A stretch of DNA of 64,000 nucleotides from Mobula birostris (taxonomy: Eukaryota). The position numbers and the translations under genes are program-made. A model generated the notes under the pieces. The model had not been told where the DNA came from. It was given only the letters and a program-made list of their open reading frames with translations, and did not search any database. Below, piece by piece: positions 46,191-60,520 of the stretch. Position 1 is the stretch's first letter. Each line of letters opens with the position of its first letter. The stretch lies in the NCBI RefSeq assembly GCF_030028105.1, contig NC_092383.1, forward strand, positions 97,797,604-97,861,603, read 5' to 3'.

Positions 46191-49099
46191 TGATGCTGAA
46201 ACATATCAGAGATGTATTGAAACCAAAACTAAATATGATTTTTTTTAACGTATCCAGTTGAAAGCCAGCTTTTAAAAGATAGAAGTCAATTTTATATTCA
46301 TGGAGATAAAAGTGGCAAGCTACTGGCTAATCAATTGAAGCCATTTATAGCCAAACAGCAAATTAAAGAAATACGAAAAAACCAATGGGGATATGACAAC
46401 TGATCACTTTGAAATTAATGATGCTTTTAGGGAATTTTATTCCTAATTGTATAGTTCTGACTCTGTTAATGATAGTATTGCAATGAATAATTTTTTAGAT
46501 CAATTAAATATTCGCAGTTTTTCGATAGATGATCGTAGCCAATGGATCAACCCATTTCCCAGGAGAAAATTGCTCAGGCTATTCGAGAATTGCATTCTGG
46601 GAAATCCCCAGGACCCGATGGATTCTCCAGAGAGTTTTATAAGGCTTTTTCCTCCTTGCTTATACCACACTTATGTTCTACCCTTACAGATTCCTTCAAG
46701 GTAGGAAGATTACCGAAGTCTTTTTACGAAGCTTCCGTTTGGCTTATTCTCAAAAAGAATAAGAATCCTACTGAATGCTCTTCGTATAGACCTATTTCTT
46801 TACTTAATTTTGATACTAAAATTTTATCTGAAGTGTTGGCTCACAGACTTGAAAATATTATATCTTCTATAGTTTCGGATGATCAGGCAGGTTTTATTAA
46901 AAATCGATATTCCCATTTCAATTTACGGTGTTTGTTAAATGTTATGTATTCTCCATCTAAGGAAATATCGATGTGTGATACCTTTGGATGCGGAAAAGAC
47001 CTTTGACAGAGTTGAATGGAATTATCTTTTCACATCCTTAGAAAAATTTAATTTTGGACTTAATTTTATTCATTGGATTAAACTACTTTATTTATTTTCC
47101 TCCGCTTGGGTTCTTACTAATCTTCAAAATTCTAAACCCTTCAAGCTCCAGCGTGGAACTAGACAAGGTTGTCCTTTGAGCCCTCTGCTTTTTGGTATTA
47201 GAACCCTTCGCAATTGCTTTTCCAGAGTCTAAAGTAATTACAGGTATTTTAAGGAGAGGTACTATTCATAAAGTGTCGCTCTATGCTGATGATTTATTGC
47301 TTTTTATATCTAATGTTACAACCTCTTTACCATTTGTGTTCCGTTTACTGACTAATTTTAGTCAGTTCTCAGGATATAAATTAAATTTACATGAGTGAAC
47401 TGTTTCCTTTAAACAATTTAATACCAACTGATATCAACCTTCCTTTTAAAATTTTAAGAAAACAATTTACGTATTTAGGAGTAACAATTACTAAGAATTA
47501 TGAAGATTTATTTAAGGAAATTTTTTGACTTTAATGAATTACGTTAAAAAAACATTTTCTAATTGGTTGCCTTTCTCATTATCACTAATTGGCTGAATTA
47601 ATTCTAGTAAAATGAATATCTTACCTAAATTTATATACCTTTTTCAAGCTGTGCCTGTTTGTGTTCCTAAATCTTTTTTTGACTCTTTGGATTCAATTCT
47701 TTCTTCCTATATATGGAAGAATAAAAAACCTCAAATAAACAAAGCTCACCTTCAAAAAACCAAACAGAATGGAGGCTTTGCCTTACCCAACTTTAGCTTA
47801 TGTTATTGGCAGTTAATATGCGAAATATTATGTTCTGGTTATATTACATTAATGATGAGAATTGCCCTATATGAGTTTCTTTGGAAGTCAACTCTGTTAT
47901 GAAATTTTCTATTATTTCTTTACTTAGATCCTCGCTTCCTTTATCTTTAAATAAACCAACTGACAATGTGGTGGTCAAACATACTTTGAGGATTTTCTTA
48001 CAGTTTAGAAAACATTTTGGTTTATTGAGATTCTCCCTCTCGAGTTCCATCTTTTCTGATTGCTTTTTTAAACCATCTTTAATTGACCTATCTTTTAAAG
48101 AATGGGATAGATTGGGTATTAATTGATTTCAGGATTTGTTTGACGGAGGGAATCTCTCTTCTTTTGTGCAACTTTCAACGAAATTTAAACCTTTCCAATA
48201 CCCACTTTTTTCGATACTTACAGATTAGTGATTTTTTAAGATCTCAATTACATACATTTCCTACAAGTCCAGATAAGAATATAATAGATACTATTTTTAA
48301 TCTGAAACCCTTTGACAACGGTTCAATATCTTACACTTGCGGTTTGCTGTTGGGATTGAAAAAGGCCTGTAGGTAAAATTAAAGGAGACTAGGAAAAGGA
48401 TTTACAGATTTTCATATCTGAAGAGAGCTGGAAGATTATTTTAAAATTGATTAATTCTTCTCATTATGTGCTCCTCATTCTTTATTACAATTCAAAGTGG
48501 TACATAAAGTTCATGTGTCTCTCGTTTCTATGTGGATATTTCTCCCTACTGTGATAGATGTACTAATGGAGTGGCCACACTAATTCATATGTTTTGGACA
48601 TGTATGAGCCTTGAAAAAATTTGGAAAGATGTATTTCAAACTTTTTCTGTACTTTTCAATGTTAGTTTTAAGCCCGATCCCTTGTGACTGCCATGTTTGG
48701 TATTGTTGAGGGTTACAAAACTGAAGCAATCTAATTTGCGGGTATTGGCCTTTATGTCTGTTATGGCCAGGAGGGTGATCTTGCTCAAGTGGAAGGAGGC
48801 CGCCCCGCCCACTCATGTTCAATGGCTATCTGACATTATGTTATGCCTTGATCTAGAGAAGATTCTTTGTTTGATTTCTGATTCTAAACATGATTTTCTA
48901 ATGTTATGGGGACCCTTTCTGAGTTATTTTCATGATCTTTGAACTGTTATTAAAGTATGGATATGAGCCATTATTATTGTTATATGGTAAGGTATTTTTT
49001 TTTCTTCTCTCTTTTTTTTTACCAACCAGCTCATTTTGGTAGACGAGGTAGACTTTTTTTTAATAAAATACAATTATTCTATTCTATTTCATTTAATGT

Positions 49100-49900
49100 G
49101 AAGTTATCCACTTTGGTGGCAAAAACAGGAAAACAGATTATTATCTGAATGGTGGCCGATTAGGAAAAGGGGAGGTGCAACGAGACCTGGGTGTCATTAT
49201 ACACCAGTCATTGAAAGTGGGCATGCAGGTACAGCAGGCGGTGAAAAAGGCGAATGGTATGCTGGCATTTATAGCAAGAAGATTCGAGTACAAGAGCAGG
49301 GAGGTACTACTGCAGTTGTACAAGGCCTTGGTGAGACCACACCTGGAGTATTGTGTGCAGTTTTGGTCCCCTAATCTGAGGAAAGACATCCTTACCATAG
49401 AGGGAGTACAAAGAAGGTTCACCAGATTGATTCCTGGGATGGCAGGACTTTCATATGATGAAAGACTGGATGAACTAGGCTTATACTCGTTGGAATTTAG
49501 AAGATTGAGGGGAGATCTGATTGAAACGTATAAAATCCTAAAGGGATTGGATAAGCTAGATGCAGGAAGATTGTTCCCGATGTTGGGGAAGTCCAGAACG
49601 AGGGGTCACAGTTTGAGGATAAAGGGGAAGCCTTTTAGGACCGAGATTAGGAAAAACTTCTTCACACAGAGAGTGGTGAATCTGTGGAATTCTCTGCCAC
49701 AGGAAACAGTTGAGGCCAGTTCATTGGCCATATTTAAGAGGAAGTTAGATATGGCCCTTGTGGTTAAAAGGATCAGGGGGTATGGAGGGAAGGCTGGTTC
49801 AGGGTTCTGAGTTGGATGATCAGCCATGATCATACTGAATGGCGGTGCAGGCTCGAAGGGCCGAATGGCCTACTCCTGCACCTATTTTCTATGTTTCTAT
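49100..49900 (+). mobile_element. Young-looking CR1 3' fragment inserted in the L1 3' UTR
   Basis: Uninterrupted 211-aa ORF 49175-49810 to its stop; tail gggccgaatggcctactcctgcacctattttctatgtttctat. Confidence 0.92.
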
Positions 49901-50249
49901 AATTCAATTTTTTTTCTACATGATTGACTTGGAATATGGGATACTGTGATTTAAATGTAATGTAATTTGTATTACTTGTATCCTTATGAATTTTGTATTT
50001 GTATTCATGCAATTTATATAATATTAATAAAAATATTGAAAGAGGAACCGATCCCACACAATGTGAGCCGTTCCTTGGAGGTACCCTCTTCACCATTCTG
50101 TGGTGTGTGGAAGCAGTTCTTATATGGCCTGCTCCTGCACTCTACACTTCCTTATCCTTGTCTGCCAATGATATGTGCCCCAGTGCTGTTGTGCCATCTG
50201 GCAGGAGGGGAGATTCCCAGTGAAGTTCTCTGTGCAGGGACCTAGGGTG

Positions 50250-53200
50250 GAGTCTGTTGATCAGAGCGATCAGAATCAAATTCAGGGTTACTCATTTGAC
50301 AAGGTCTCACAATGGAGGCTGGTCAAGAAGTTGGTTCAGTCGTTTGGCATTCAAGCTGAGGTAGTAAATTGTTTAAGACATTGGCTTTGTGGGAGAAGCC
50401 AGAGTGTGGTAGTAGATGGTTGCCTCTCTGACTGGAGACTTGTAACTTGTGGAGTGCCACAGGGATCGGTGCTAGGCCCTTTGTTGTTTGTCACCTGTAT
50501 CAACAATCTGAACGATAAAGTGGTTAGATAGATACTTTATCGAACCCAAAGGAAATTGCAGTAGCATTACAAGTGCACAGATATACAAATATTAGAAGAG
50601 AAGTAAGAAAGAATAAAAAATAAGTTACCTCAACAGATTAACAGGAGGGGAATCATCACTTCCCCTGCTGTAGATTGATTCATTATAGGGCCTAATGGCC
50701 AAGGGTAAGAATGACTTCATATAACATTCTTTGGAGCTGCACAGTTGTCTTAGTCTATTACTAAAAGTACTCCTCTGTTCAGCCAAGGCAGCATGCAGAG
50801 GGTGAAAAATATTGTCTAGAATTTCCAGGATTTTCCATAGGGTCCTTTGTTATATTCCAGCCTGTAGGGTGTCCAGTTAGATTCCAATAACAGAGCCAGT
50901 ATTTCTAATCAGTTTATTGTGCCTGTTGGCATCACTCCTGTTGATGCCATTGCCCCAGCACATCACTGCATTGAAGATTGTACTAGTGACCACAGACTGG
51001 TAGAACATGTGATGGAGAGGCCTGCTCAGGAAGTAGAGGCGACTCTGGCCCTTCTTGTACATAGCCTCTGTGTTGGTGCTACACTCAGGTCTGTCATCCA
51101 GGGGCACCCCCAGGTACTTGTAAGTCCTCACCATCAATAGTAACAGGGAAGAATGGAGGCTTACTCTTCCTAAAGTCCATCGCCATGTCCTTTGTTTTAC
51201 TGATGTTGAGCTGCAGATGATTCAGTTTGCACCGTTTGACAAAGTCCTCCATCAGGGCCTTCTATTCATCCTCCCATCCTCCCTTTATACACCCAACTAT
51301 TGCTGAGTCATCAGAGAATTTCTGCAGAAGACATGACTCAGTGTTGTATCTAAACTGGATCAGCAAATTAATGGATGACATCAAGATTGGATGTGTATGG
51401 ACAGCGAGGAAGGCTATCGTGGTTTGCAGTGGGATTTGGACCAGCTGGAAAACTGGGCTGAAAAATGGCAGATGGAATTTAATGCAGATAAGTGTGAGGT
51501 GTTGTGTAATGAACTGGAATTGAAAGGAGAGTTTAAGGTAAAAGAGCCCTTTGGAGCAAGTGATTGAATTCACCCTGAACCTTGAGAAGGAGAAACTAAA
51601 GTCAGATATATCAGTTTTACAGTGGAGTAAATTGATTTACAGAGGCATGAGTGAGGAGTTGTCCAGAATTGATTGGAAAAGAACACTGGCAGAGCGGCAA
51701 TAGCTGGAATTTCTGGAGCAACTCAGAAGACACAGGACGTATACATCCCAAAGAGGAATAAGTATTCTAAAGGCAAGATGATACAATTGTGGTTAACAAG
51801 GGAAGTCAAAGCCAACATAAAAGCCAAAGAGAAGGCATATAATAGAGCAAAGATTAGTAGGAAGTTGGAGGATTGGGAAGCTTTTAAAAACCCAACAGAA
51901 GACAACTAAAAATGTCATTAAGAAGGTAAAGATGAAATAGAAAAATAAGCTAGGTAATAATATTAGAGAGGATACCAAAAGTTTCTTCAGATTCATAAAG
52001 TGTGAAAGAGAAGTGAGAGTGGATATCGGACTGCTGGAAAACTGCTGGAGAGGTAGTAATGGTGGACAAGGAAATAATGGACAAACTGAATAAGTATTTT
52101 GCATCTGTTTTCACTGTGAAAGACACTAGCAGTATGGTGGAAGTTCCAGGTGTCAGAGATCATGAATTGGGTAAAGTTACTATTACTAGAGAGAAGGTTC
52201 TTGGGAAACTGTAGATAAGTCAACTGAACCAGATGATGTACACTCCAGTGATCTGAAAGTGGTGACTGAAGAATTGTGGAGGCATTAATTCTGAGCTTTC
52301 AAGAATCACTGGATTCTGGAATGGTTCCAGAGGACTGAAAAATTGCAAATGTAACTCCACTCTTCAAGAAGGGAGAGAGGCAGAGGAAGTGAAATTATGG
52401 GCACATGATAAGGTAGGCCATAGCATTGTTTCCTCAGGGGAAAATCTTGCCTGACAGACCTGTTGGAATTCTTTGAAGAAGTAACAAGCAGGATAGATAA
52501 AGGAGAATGTTGTATACTTGGATTTTCAGAAAGCCTTTGACAAGGTGCCACATATGAGGCTGCTTAACAAGCTATGAGCCCATGGTAATACAGAAAAGAT
52601 TCTACCATGCAGTGGCTGATTGACAGTAGGCAAGGAGTAAGAATAAGGGGAACCTTTTCTTTTTAGCTGTCAGTGACTAGTGTTCCATGGGGTTGGGACA
52701 GATTCTTTTTTGATTATATGTCAGTGATTTGGATGATGGAAGTGATGGCTTTTTTTGCAAAGTTTGCAGACGATATGAAAATAGGTGGAGGTGCGGGTAG
52801 CTGTAATGAAGTAGAGTGGCTGCAGAAGGACTAAGATTAGGAGAATGGGCTAAGAAGTGGCATATAGAATAGTGTCGGGAAGTGTATGGTCATGTACTTT
52901 GGTAGAAGAAATGAAAGGGATGACTTTTCTAAATGGAGAGAAAATACAGAATAGTGAGGTGCAAAGGGACTTGGAAATCCTTGTGCATTAATTTGCAGGT
53001 TTGGACTGTGGTGAGGAAGGCAAATGTGATGTTAGCATTCATTTCAAGGGGACTAGAATATACAAGCAAGGATGTAATGTTGAGACTTCATTAAAGCACT
53101 GGTGAGGCCTCACCTGGAGTATTGGGAGCAGTTCTGGGCCCTTTATCTTAGAAAGGATGTGCTGATACTGGAGAGGGTTTACAAGTGGTTTATGAAAATG

Positions 53201-53410
53201 ATTCTGGTATTGGACTGTTTGTCATATGAAGAGCATTTGGTGGCTCTGGGCCTGTATTCACTGGAATTTAGAAGAATGAGGGGTGACCTCATTGAAACCT
53301 ATCAAATGGTGAAAGGCCTTGATAGAGTGAACATGGAGAGAATGTTTCCTATGATGGGAGAGTCCAAGACCAGAGGATTCAGCCACAGAATAGAGAGGCA
53401 TCCTTTTATA
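50250..53410. mobile_element. CR1 RT fragments (+) with an embedded Rex1/Babar fragment (-, ~50560-51350)
   Basis: TCGVPQGSVLGPLLF; KFADD; PHLEYWEQFW; Rex piece YKYLGVPLDD...YKKGQSRLYFL and LQKFSDDSAIVG. Confidence 0.75.
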
Positions 53411-53414
53411 ATTA

Positions 53415-54170
53415 GATTAGATTAGATTCAACTTTATTGTCATTGTGCCGAGTACAGATAAGCATTGAAGTGCATTTAGCATCTGACCAGAAATGCAAAG
53501 AATAGTGTTGTTTACAAAATAACTGCGAATAAAAAAAGTGCTACAGCACACAAATATAAAAGTACTGAGACAGTACAATATGGATGCAATACTGCTTAGC
53601 ACTGTGATGAGAGGTTCAGCAGTGTCACAGCCTCAGGAAAGAAGCTCTTCCTGTGCCTGCTGGTACGGGAGCGGAGGCTCCTGTAGCGCCTACCAGATGG
53701 GAGGAGAGTAAAAAGTCCATGGTTAGGATGAGATGCATCCCTGATAATGTTTTTCGCCTTGCGCAGGCAGCATTTATGGTACATGTTCTCAATGGTGGGC
53801 AGTTGGGTGGTGATAATCCACTGCGCAGTTTTCACCACACGCTGGAGTGCTTTGCGGTCGGATATGGGACAATTGCCATACCACACTGAGATGCATTTGG
53901 TGAGTATGCTCTCAATGGTACAGCGGTAAAAGTCTGTCAGTATCCTGGGAAAGAGGTGAGCTTTCTTCATGCTCAGCAGGAAATAAAGGCGCTGTTGCGC
54001 CTTTTTGATCAGGATTGAGGAGTTCAGGGACCAGGTGAGATCCTTGGAAATGTGGACACCAAGGAATTTGAAGCTTGATACACACCGTTGATGTAGATGG
54101 GGATGTGAGTGTGACTCCTGGCATGCCTGAAGTACACAATGATCTCCTTGGTCTTCTGGGTGTTAAGGGC
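53415..54170 (-). mobile_element. Rex1/Babar 3' fragment with (attag)n tail
   Basis: ORF 53596-53970 FYRCTIESILT.CISVWYGNC...DASHP.H.LF.LLPSGRRYRSL. Confidence 0.85.
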
Positions 54171-54289
54171 CAGATTGTTGTCGGAGATGAGGAGGAATTT
54201 CTTTAGCCGGAGAGTAGTGAATCTGTAGAATTCTTTGCCACGGGCAGCTGTGGAGGCCAAGTCTTATGTGTATTTGACACAGAGGTTGA

Positions 54290-55200
54290 TAGATACTTGA
54301 TTAGTCAGGCCGTGAAGGGATATGGGGAGAAGGCAGGAGATTGGGGCTGAGAGGAAAATTGGATCAGCCATGACGAAATGCCAGAGAAGATTTTGTTAGG
54401 CCAAATGCCTAAATTCTACTCCTATGCCTTATGGTGTTATTGCATTGCACTTTCGGAGGACCAACCAGAGTAGGTCTACACAGTGAATGGTAGGGCACTG
54501 AGGAGTGTGGTAGAACAAAGAGATCTGGGAATACAGGTCCATAATTCATTGAGAGTGGCGGCACAGGTAGATAGGGTTGTAAAGAAATCTTCTGGCACAT
54601 TGGCCTTCGTAAATCAAAGGAATGAGTGCAGGAGATGAGATGTTATGCTGAAGTTGTAAAAGACATTGGTGAGGTTAAGTGGAGTATTGTGTGTAGCTTT
54701 GGTCACCCTCCTACAGCAAAGATGTAAATAAGGTTGAAAGACTACAGAGAAAATTTACAAGGATGTTGCTCGTACTGGAGGACCTGAGTTATAAGGAAAG
54801 ATTGCATAGGTTAAGGCTTTATTCCTTGGAATGTAGAAGATTAAGAAGGGACTTGATAAAGGTATACAAAATTATGAAGGGTGTAGAGAGGGTAAATGTA
54901 AGCAGTCTTTTTCCACTGAGTTTGGGAGGGACTACAACCAGAAGTCATGGGTTCAGGGTAAAAATTGAAAAGTTTAAGAGGAACATGAGGGGAAACTTCT
55001 TCATTCAGAGGGTTTTAGAGAGTGGAACGGGCTGCCAGCACAAGTGGCGAATACAAGCTCATTTTCAACATTTAAGAGATAGCTAAATGGATGGTGGGGG
55101 TATTGAGGGCTAGGGTCCTAGTGCAGGCTGATGGGGGTAAGCAGTTTAAATGTTTTGGCACAGGCTAGGCAGGTGAAGAACCTGTTTCTGTTTCGTGCTT
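54290..55200 (+). mobile_element. CR1 3' fragments
   Basis: ORF 54763-55086 DLSYKERL..L.LYSLE.RRLR.DLIKVYKIM; RGNFFIQRV. Confidence 0.8.
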
Positions 55201-55204
55201 TTCT

Positions 55205-55450
55205 ACGGCTATGGTTCATTCATTATGTGCTGTCTCATATCATGGGCATGGCGCTCATGGTCAAAGAACATGATTTTTCTCGGTAAGTTTTTCTACTGAA
55301 GCGGTTTGTCATTGCTGTCTGCTGTGCAGTGTCTTCACAAGTTGGGTGAACCCAGCTATTGTCAATACTCATCAGAGATTGTATGCCTGGAGTCAGTGGT
55401 CACAAAAGTACGACTTGTGATATACAGCAGCTGCTCATACAACCATCCGC
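55205..55450 (-). mobile_element. RTE-related short repeat (SINE-like)
   Basis: ctactgaagcggtttgtcattgc... resembles the GAAGTGGTTTGCCATTGCC motif of RTE/BovB-derived 3' ends. Confidence 0.4.
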
Positions 55451-55554
55451 CACCAATTAGGTTTATTATCATTGACAAATGTTGTGAAATCTATTGTTTA
55501 GTGGTAGTGGTATTGTGCAAGGCGTGTACTGCTGCCATGATACAACAATTTTTT

Positions 55555-56170
55555 TAGATTATGAAGACATGCAGTCCTCTTTTATTGTCATTTAGTAATG
55601 CATGCATTAAGCAATGATACAATATTTCCTCTGGTGTGATACCACAAAACACAGTACAGACCAAGACTGAAAAAACTTAACAAAACCACGTAATTGTAGC
55701 ATATAGTTACAACAGTGCAACAATACCATAACTTGATGAAGAACAGTCCATGAGCACAGTAAAGTTCAAAGTCTCTCAAATGTCCCACATCTCACGCAGA
55801 TGGGAGAAGGAAGAAAAACTCTCCCTGCCATGCCCGACCACAGTCCAACTCTGAGTCGCCCAAAAACTTCGAGCCTCTGATCAGCTGTCTGACACCGAGT
55901 ATCGAGTACCGAGCACCATCTCTATCCGAGCAATTCGACCTCAATCTCGGTCGCCAACAGCAGGCAAAGCCGGGGATTTTGAGGCCTTCCCTCTGGAAGT
56001 TTCACGATCGCGCAGAAACGACAGCAGCAAACGGGCGTTTCAGAAATTTCTCCAGATGTTCCTCTGTGCTTTCACATCTGTCTCCATCAAATCAGAATTG
56101 TCCACGGCCCCTATTTAACGGGTACGATATCATTTTCACCGGAGGGCTGCGCACGCGTGGCCTCCTGCCA
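55555..56170 (-). mobile_element. Second, diverged copy of the ~650-bp non-coding retroposon
   Basis: Shared blocks cagtcctcttttattgtcatttag and tttcagaa.tt.tccagatgttcc.ctgtgct.tcac.tctgtct...atcaaatcagaattgt with 45515-46190. Confidence 0.7.
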
Positions 56171-57214
56171 ACTACGCTAAATTACAAATAGTAAACTGTG
56201 CCAAAGAGGAATAGTAAGGTATTGTTACTGGGTTCATGAATGTTTCAGAAATCTGATGGTGGAAAGGAAGAAACTGTTCCTGAAACAAAGATTGGGTGTG
56301 TTCAGGTAGTAACACAAAGGGACCGTGTTCCAGATGGTGAGGGTCCTTAATGATGGTTCCCACTGTCTGTTCTCAATGATGGGGAAGGTTGTGTCCATAA
56401 TGGAGCTGCTGTGTCTACAGTCCTCTGCAGATTCTTTTGATCCTGCACAATTGACCTTCTATACCAGAGGATGATGTAACCAGGCAGAATGTTTTCCGCT
56501 GGTCCTCTGTAGAACTCTGCAGTTGATGTTGTGACTCATCAGCTGTGGGTTGTCTTTGCAACTTTCAAGTGTCCATGCTTCGTACCGATGTGGAGAGCGA
56601 GAGGCTACAGCCCCATTTGTTTATTTACTGGGGCTGCTCCTCAAGGTCCAGTCACAGTTCAGCCTCAATTCCAGATATTTGGGCACAGAGTGTGAAGTGA
56701 GGCTAGTCATTTGAGGTATCTCCTCATTGGTTTGCTCCTGGCGTGAATTCAAGGTCTTGGAAGTCGGCAGTCTAGGGTTCTGTCCAAGAAGAATGTCTGC
56801 CCTGCTTCACTCACCCCTGCTTCACTCCCACAATCAATGGACTCACTTTCAAGGATTTTTCATTGCACATTCTTGATATTTATTGTTTATTATTATTGTT
56901 ATTATTAATTTATTTTTGTATTTGCATGGCTTGGTGACTTGGTTGAATGTCCAAGTTGGTGCTGCCTTTCATAGATTCTATTATGGATTTGTTGAGTATG
57001 CCTGCAAGATAGTATATGGTGACATATATGTACTTTGATAACAAATTTACTTTGAACTTAATGCATTAAACTTCGTAAACCTACTTTATCTCCTATATTT
57101 TGAACTGCGCTCCGAAACTGTAGAATTTAATACCTAAAAACAATAAGGGATGCAGACTCAGTTGACACTTTTAAATGCCAGCTCAAAACCTAGTTATTGA
57201 ACCTTGCTTTCAAC

Positions 57215-57640
57215 TAACATCTTCTTGTACACGCTGGAATTAAGGAGATTGAGGGGGGATCTAATTGAGATATATAAGATTATTAAGGGATTGGACAAGA
57301 TAGAGGCAGGAAATATGATCCAGATGCTGGGAGAGTCCAGTACCAGAGGGCGTGGTTTAAGAATAAGGGATAGGTCATTTAGGACAGAGCTGAGGAGGAA
57401 CTACTTCTCCCAGAGAGTTGTGGAGGTGTGGAACGCGCTGCCTCAGAAGGCAGTGGAGGCCAATTCTCTGGATGCTTTCAAGAAGGAGCTAGATAGGTAT
57501 CTTATGGCTAGGGGAATCAAGGGTTATGGGGACAAGGCAGGAACCAGGTATTGATAGTAGATGATCAGCCATGATCTCAGAATGGCGGTGCAGGCTCAAA
57601 AGGCCAAATGGTCTACTTCTGCACCTATTGTCTATTGTTT
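57215..57640 (+). mobile_element. CR1 3' fragment
   Basis: ORF LYTLELRRLRGDLIEIYKII...RNYFSQRVVEVWNALP and CR1 tail. Confidence 0.9.
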
Positions 57641-59244
57641 TTTATCTTCATGGTTAATTTACTTAGTTATTTTTAATTTTAATTTTATGTTATATTCATG
57701 TTCGCAGTTTATCCCATTGTAGAGCACTTTGAACAATGTTGTCTGTGTGAAAGTGCTCCTTAGATAAGTAATTATTATTTTTGCTAATAAAGATAGCACA
57801 GGGAGACCCAGAATGAAACTCCTTCACTCGCCTACATAGGCCGATTGTGGAGGTGGTCCTTTCTGCTTATACTGACGACAGACTCCATGTGATCTGAGAC
57901 TCCTTTGATAGAGGTTGAATGCACAAGTGCCCGGAGGCCTTTTCAGCCATCTCCTTTATCTGGGGGTCTTCCTGAATCCAGCTGAGGCAGCCCAACCAGC
58001 AAATTGCCAGGAGATAGAAGTCACCACTCAGTGTGGGTGCTGGATGGACTGCTATGAGTGCTTTCTCACGGGCCAAACACTGGCGATATGAGTCGTGGAG
58101 CTTTACTGCATGGAAACAGCCCAACATGTCCATTGTAATTCTGCTTCCTCCCTGAGTTCATTCTATTTGGCCCAAATCCCTCTGAACCCTTGCTATCCGT
58201 GTACCTGTCCAAATGGTTTTTAAATGTTGTAACTGTACCCACCTTTTCCGCTTTCTCTGACAGTTCATTCCATGTATCCGTCACTCATGGTTTGAAAAAC
58301 CTGCCTCTGAATAATCCTCCTTTCACCTTAAACCTCTGCCCTCTAAATTTTTACTCCCCTACCCTGGGGAAAAGTATGTGATTATTCATCCTGTGTTCCT
58401 CAAGATTTTTCCATACCATTTCAAAGTAGAATTAGGACATTAATGTCATGGCGGAATTTGGTTTCCTCTGTCTCCCGTGATCACTGTAATGTTGCCTTAT
58501 GTCCTGGTGTATTATACACCACATCCAGACTACTACTCAGAGGCTCGTGCACAACTTCCGTCGGTTTTTACCTTTGTAGTTTCTCAACTCTAACCACAAG
58601 GATTCTACATCCTCCAATCCTATATTGTTTCTTACGATTGCTTTAAATTCAATTTCAACTAACAGGTCCACCCCCCCCCCCCCCCCCCCCCGCCACCTAT
58701 ATGCCTGGCTTTTCAATGAGATGCATATCCTGAGATGTTCTGCTCCCACCTCTGATCCTCTCTCAGTCATGTTACTGTGATGTTCATGACATTGTACCCA
58801 CCGGCTTTGATCTGCACTGTAAACTAATTGATCTTGTGTGCGTTCAAATACACGTACAGTATATCTATAATGTCAACCTTCAGACTCCTCTCCTCCAGCA
58901 GGGTAAAAAAAAAGACAGGTTGTTTTGTCTTTCATTATAACTCGAGCACCTCCGGCCCTGGTAACATCCTAGGATGTTATACGGTATATAGCATCCAGAA
59001 GATCTTAATGAGCAATGCCTCAAAAAGTTGGTGTCCATTTTGAAATGTCCCCATTACCCAGGACATGCCCTGTTCTCATTGTTACCATGAGGAAGGAGGT
59101 ACAGAAGCCTAAAGGCACACCTTCAACCATTCAGGAACAGCTACTTCCCCTCAGCAGTCAGATTTCTGAATAGACATTGAATCCATGAACACTACCTGAC
59201 TATTTGTTTTTTTGCACTACTTATTTAGCCTAATCCTTGTGGTA

Positions 59245-59248
59245 TATA

Positions 59249-59295
<47 letters not shown>

Positions 59296-59310
59296 TGTGT
59301 GTATATATTT
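59245..59310. repeat. (TG)n(TA)n(TG)n compound microsatellite
   Basis: Direct observation. Confidence 0.95.
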
Positions 59311-59699
59311 CAGTTTTTTTCTCTCTATTAACATGTATCGCAATGTCCTGCTGCCTCAGAGTTAACTAATTTCACGACATATTCTGGTGATATTAAACCC
59401 AATTCTGATTCCGATCTGATAGTACATACCCTGTAGTTTGTGAGGGAGAAGATAAAATCAGTTGTTTAATTTTCAGGTTGATTTGCTGGTAAGGATGACA
59501 AATGCAATGTTTGCAATCATTTTGTGAGAACCAGAATATAAAATCAAGAATGTAAAGCTGAGGCTTTAGAAGTCACTGGTCAGACCACACTTGCTGTACT
59601 GTGAGGGGTTTTGGTCCCCTGATCAAATAAAAGATGTGCTGGCATTGGAGAGGGTCCAGAGGAAGTTCGTGAGAATTATCTCAGGAATGAAAGTTCTTC

Positions 59700-60520
59700 C
59701 AGGGTTGTATCTCTCATCACTATAGGTCTATTGCTGGTGCAGTTTATCCTCATCTCTTCTATTTTATCTACGTTTGGTCTTAGACCCAGCATGGTGGAGT
59801 TAGTGGTCAAGAGTGCTGATCTCTCTTATATCTGTTGGTTAGAGTGAGACAGTAGGGTGATGTTATCTGCAAACTCAGTCATCAAGTTGCCACATAGTGC
59901 ACTGGATTCCATTTTATTTTTCACCTGTTGTCTGTTTCATAATCCTGCTTATTGCCAACAGGAACAGGAAAGGACCCAAACATTCCAGCTTCACCCCAGT
60001 GTTGACATTGAAGCTTTCTGCCAGTTTTCCCACATGTATGACTTTGCATGACATGTTGTAGGAGTTCCTAAAGATATTGACAAATTTCTGCAGTATTCCA
60101 TAGTGTTTCATCAGTTTCCATGTTAAGTATTGAAGGTTTTGTCAAAGTTGATGTCAAGAGAAGTATTCCATTCCATTGGCTGTTCTATCATTATTCTTAA
60201 GGTAGCTGTCTGGTCTGTGTAGGAGTGATTTTTCCTAAAGCCTGCTTGCTGGTCCCTTAATATTGTGTCAACAGTTTGTTGAAGGTGTTGCAGAATAATT
60301 CTGTTTAGTACCTTTCTGACCACAGATATTAAGGATATACCTCTGTAGTTTTCATTTTCTCATACCTCACCTTTCTTTGGACGCTTGATGATATTAACAT
60401 GTAGAGGAGAGAAGTTGAGGCCAAGATTAGATGATGTGGACACTGTTGGTCCACCCTCGAGAAACTGCTTCAGAAAGAAGGATGATGGAGATGGGGGGTG
60501 TGGGTCATCAATGGCCTCTG
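59700..60520 (-). mobile_element. RTE-clade LINE RT fragment nested within a CR1 fragment
   Basis: KVLNRIIL..L...VD.ILRDQQAGFRKN.S.TDQ.ATLRI.IEQ..EWNTSL.INF.K.F; MKHYGI.QKFVNI; FNVNTGV...C L.PFLFLLAI; CR1 pieces on both sides (59500-59700, 60540-60740). Confidence 0.8.

Larger units (their letters stand above)
45342..50042 (+). mobile_element. 5'-truncated L1-clade LINE ORF2 and 3' UTR, decayed, with two nested insertions
   Basis: IWDTFKAYIQGQIISY, HGDKSGKLLANQL, KSPGPDGF..EFYK, YRPISLLN.D.KIL, LDAEK.FDRVEW, GTRQGCPLSPLLF, YADD, CDRC...LIHMFWTC; AT-rich UTR ends ATTAATAAAAATATTGAAA ~50025-50043. Confidence 0.9.
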
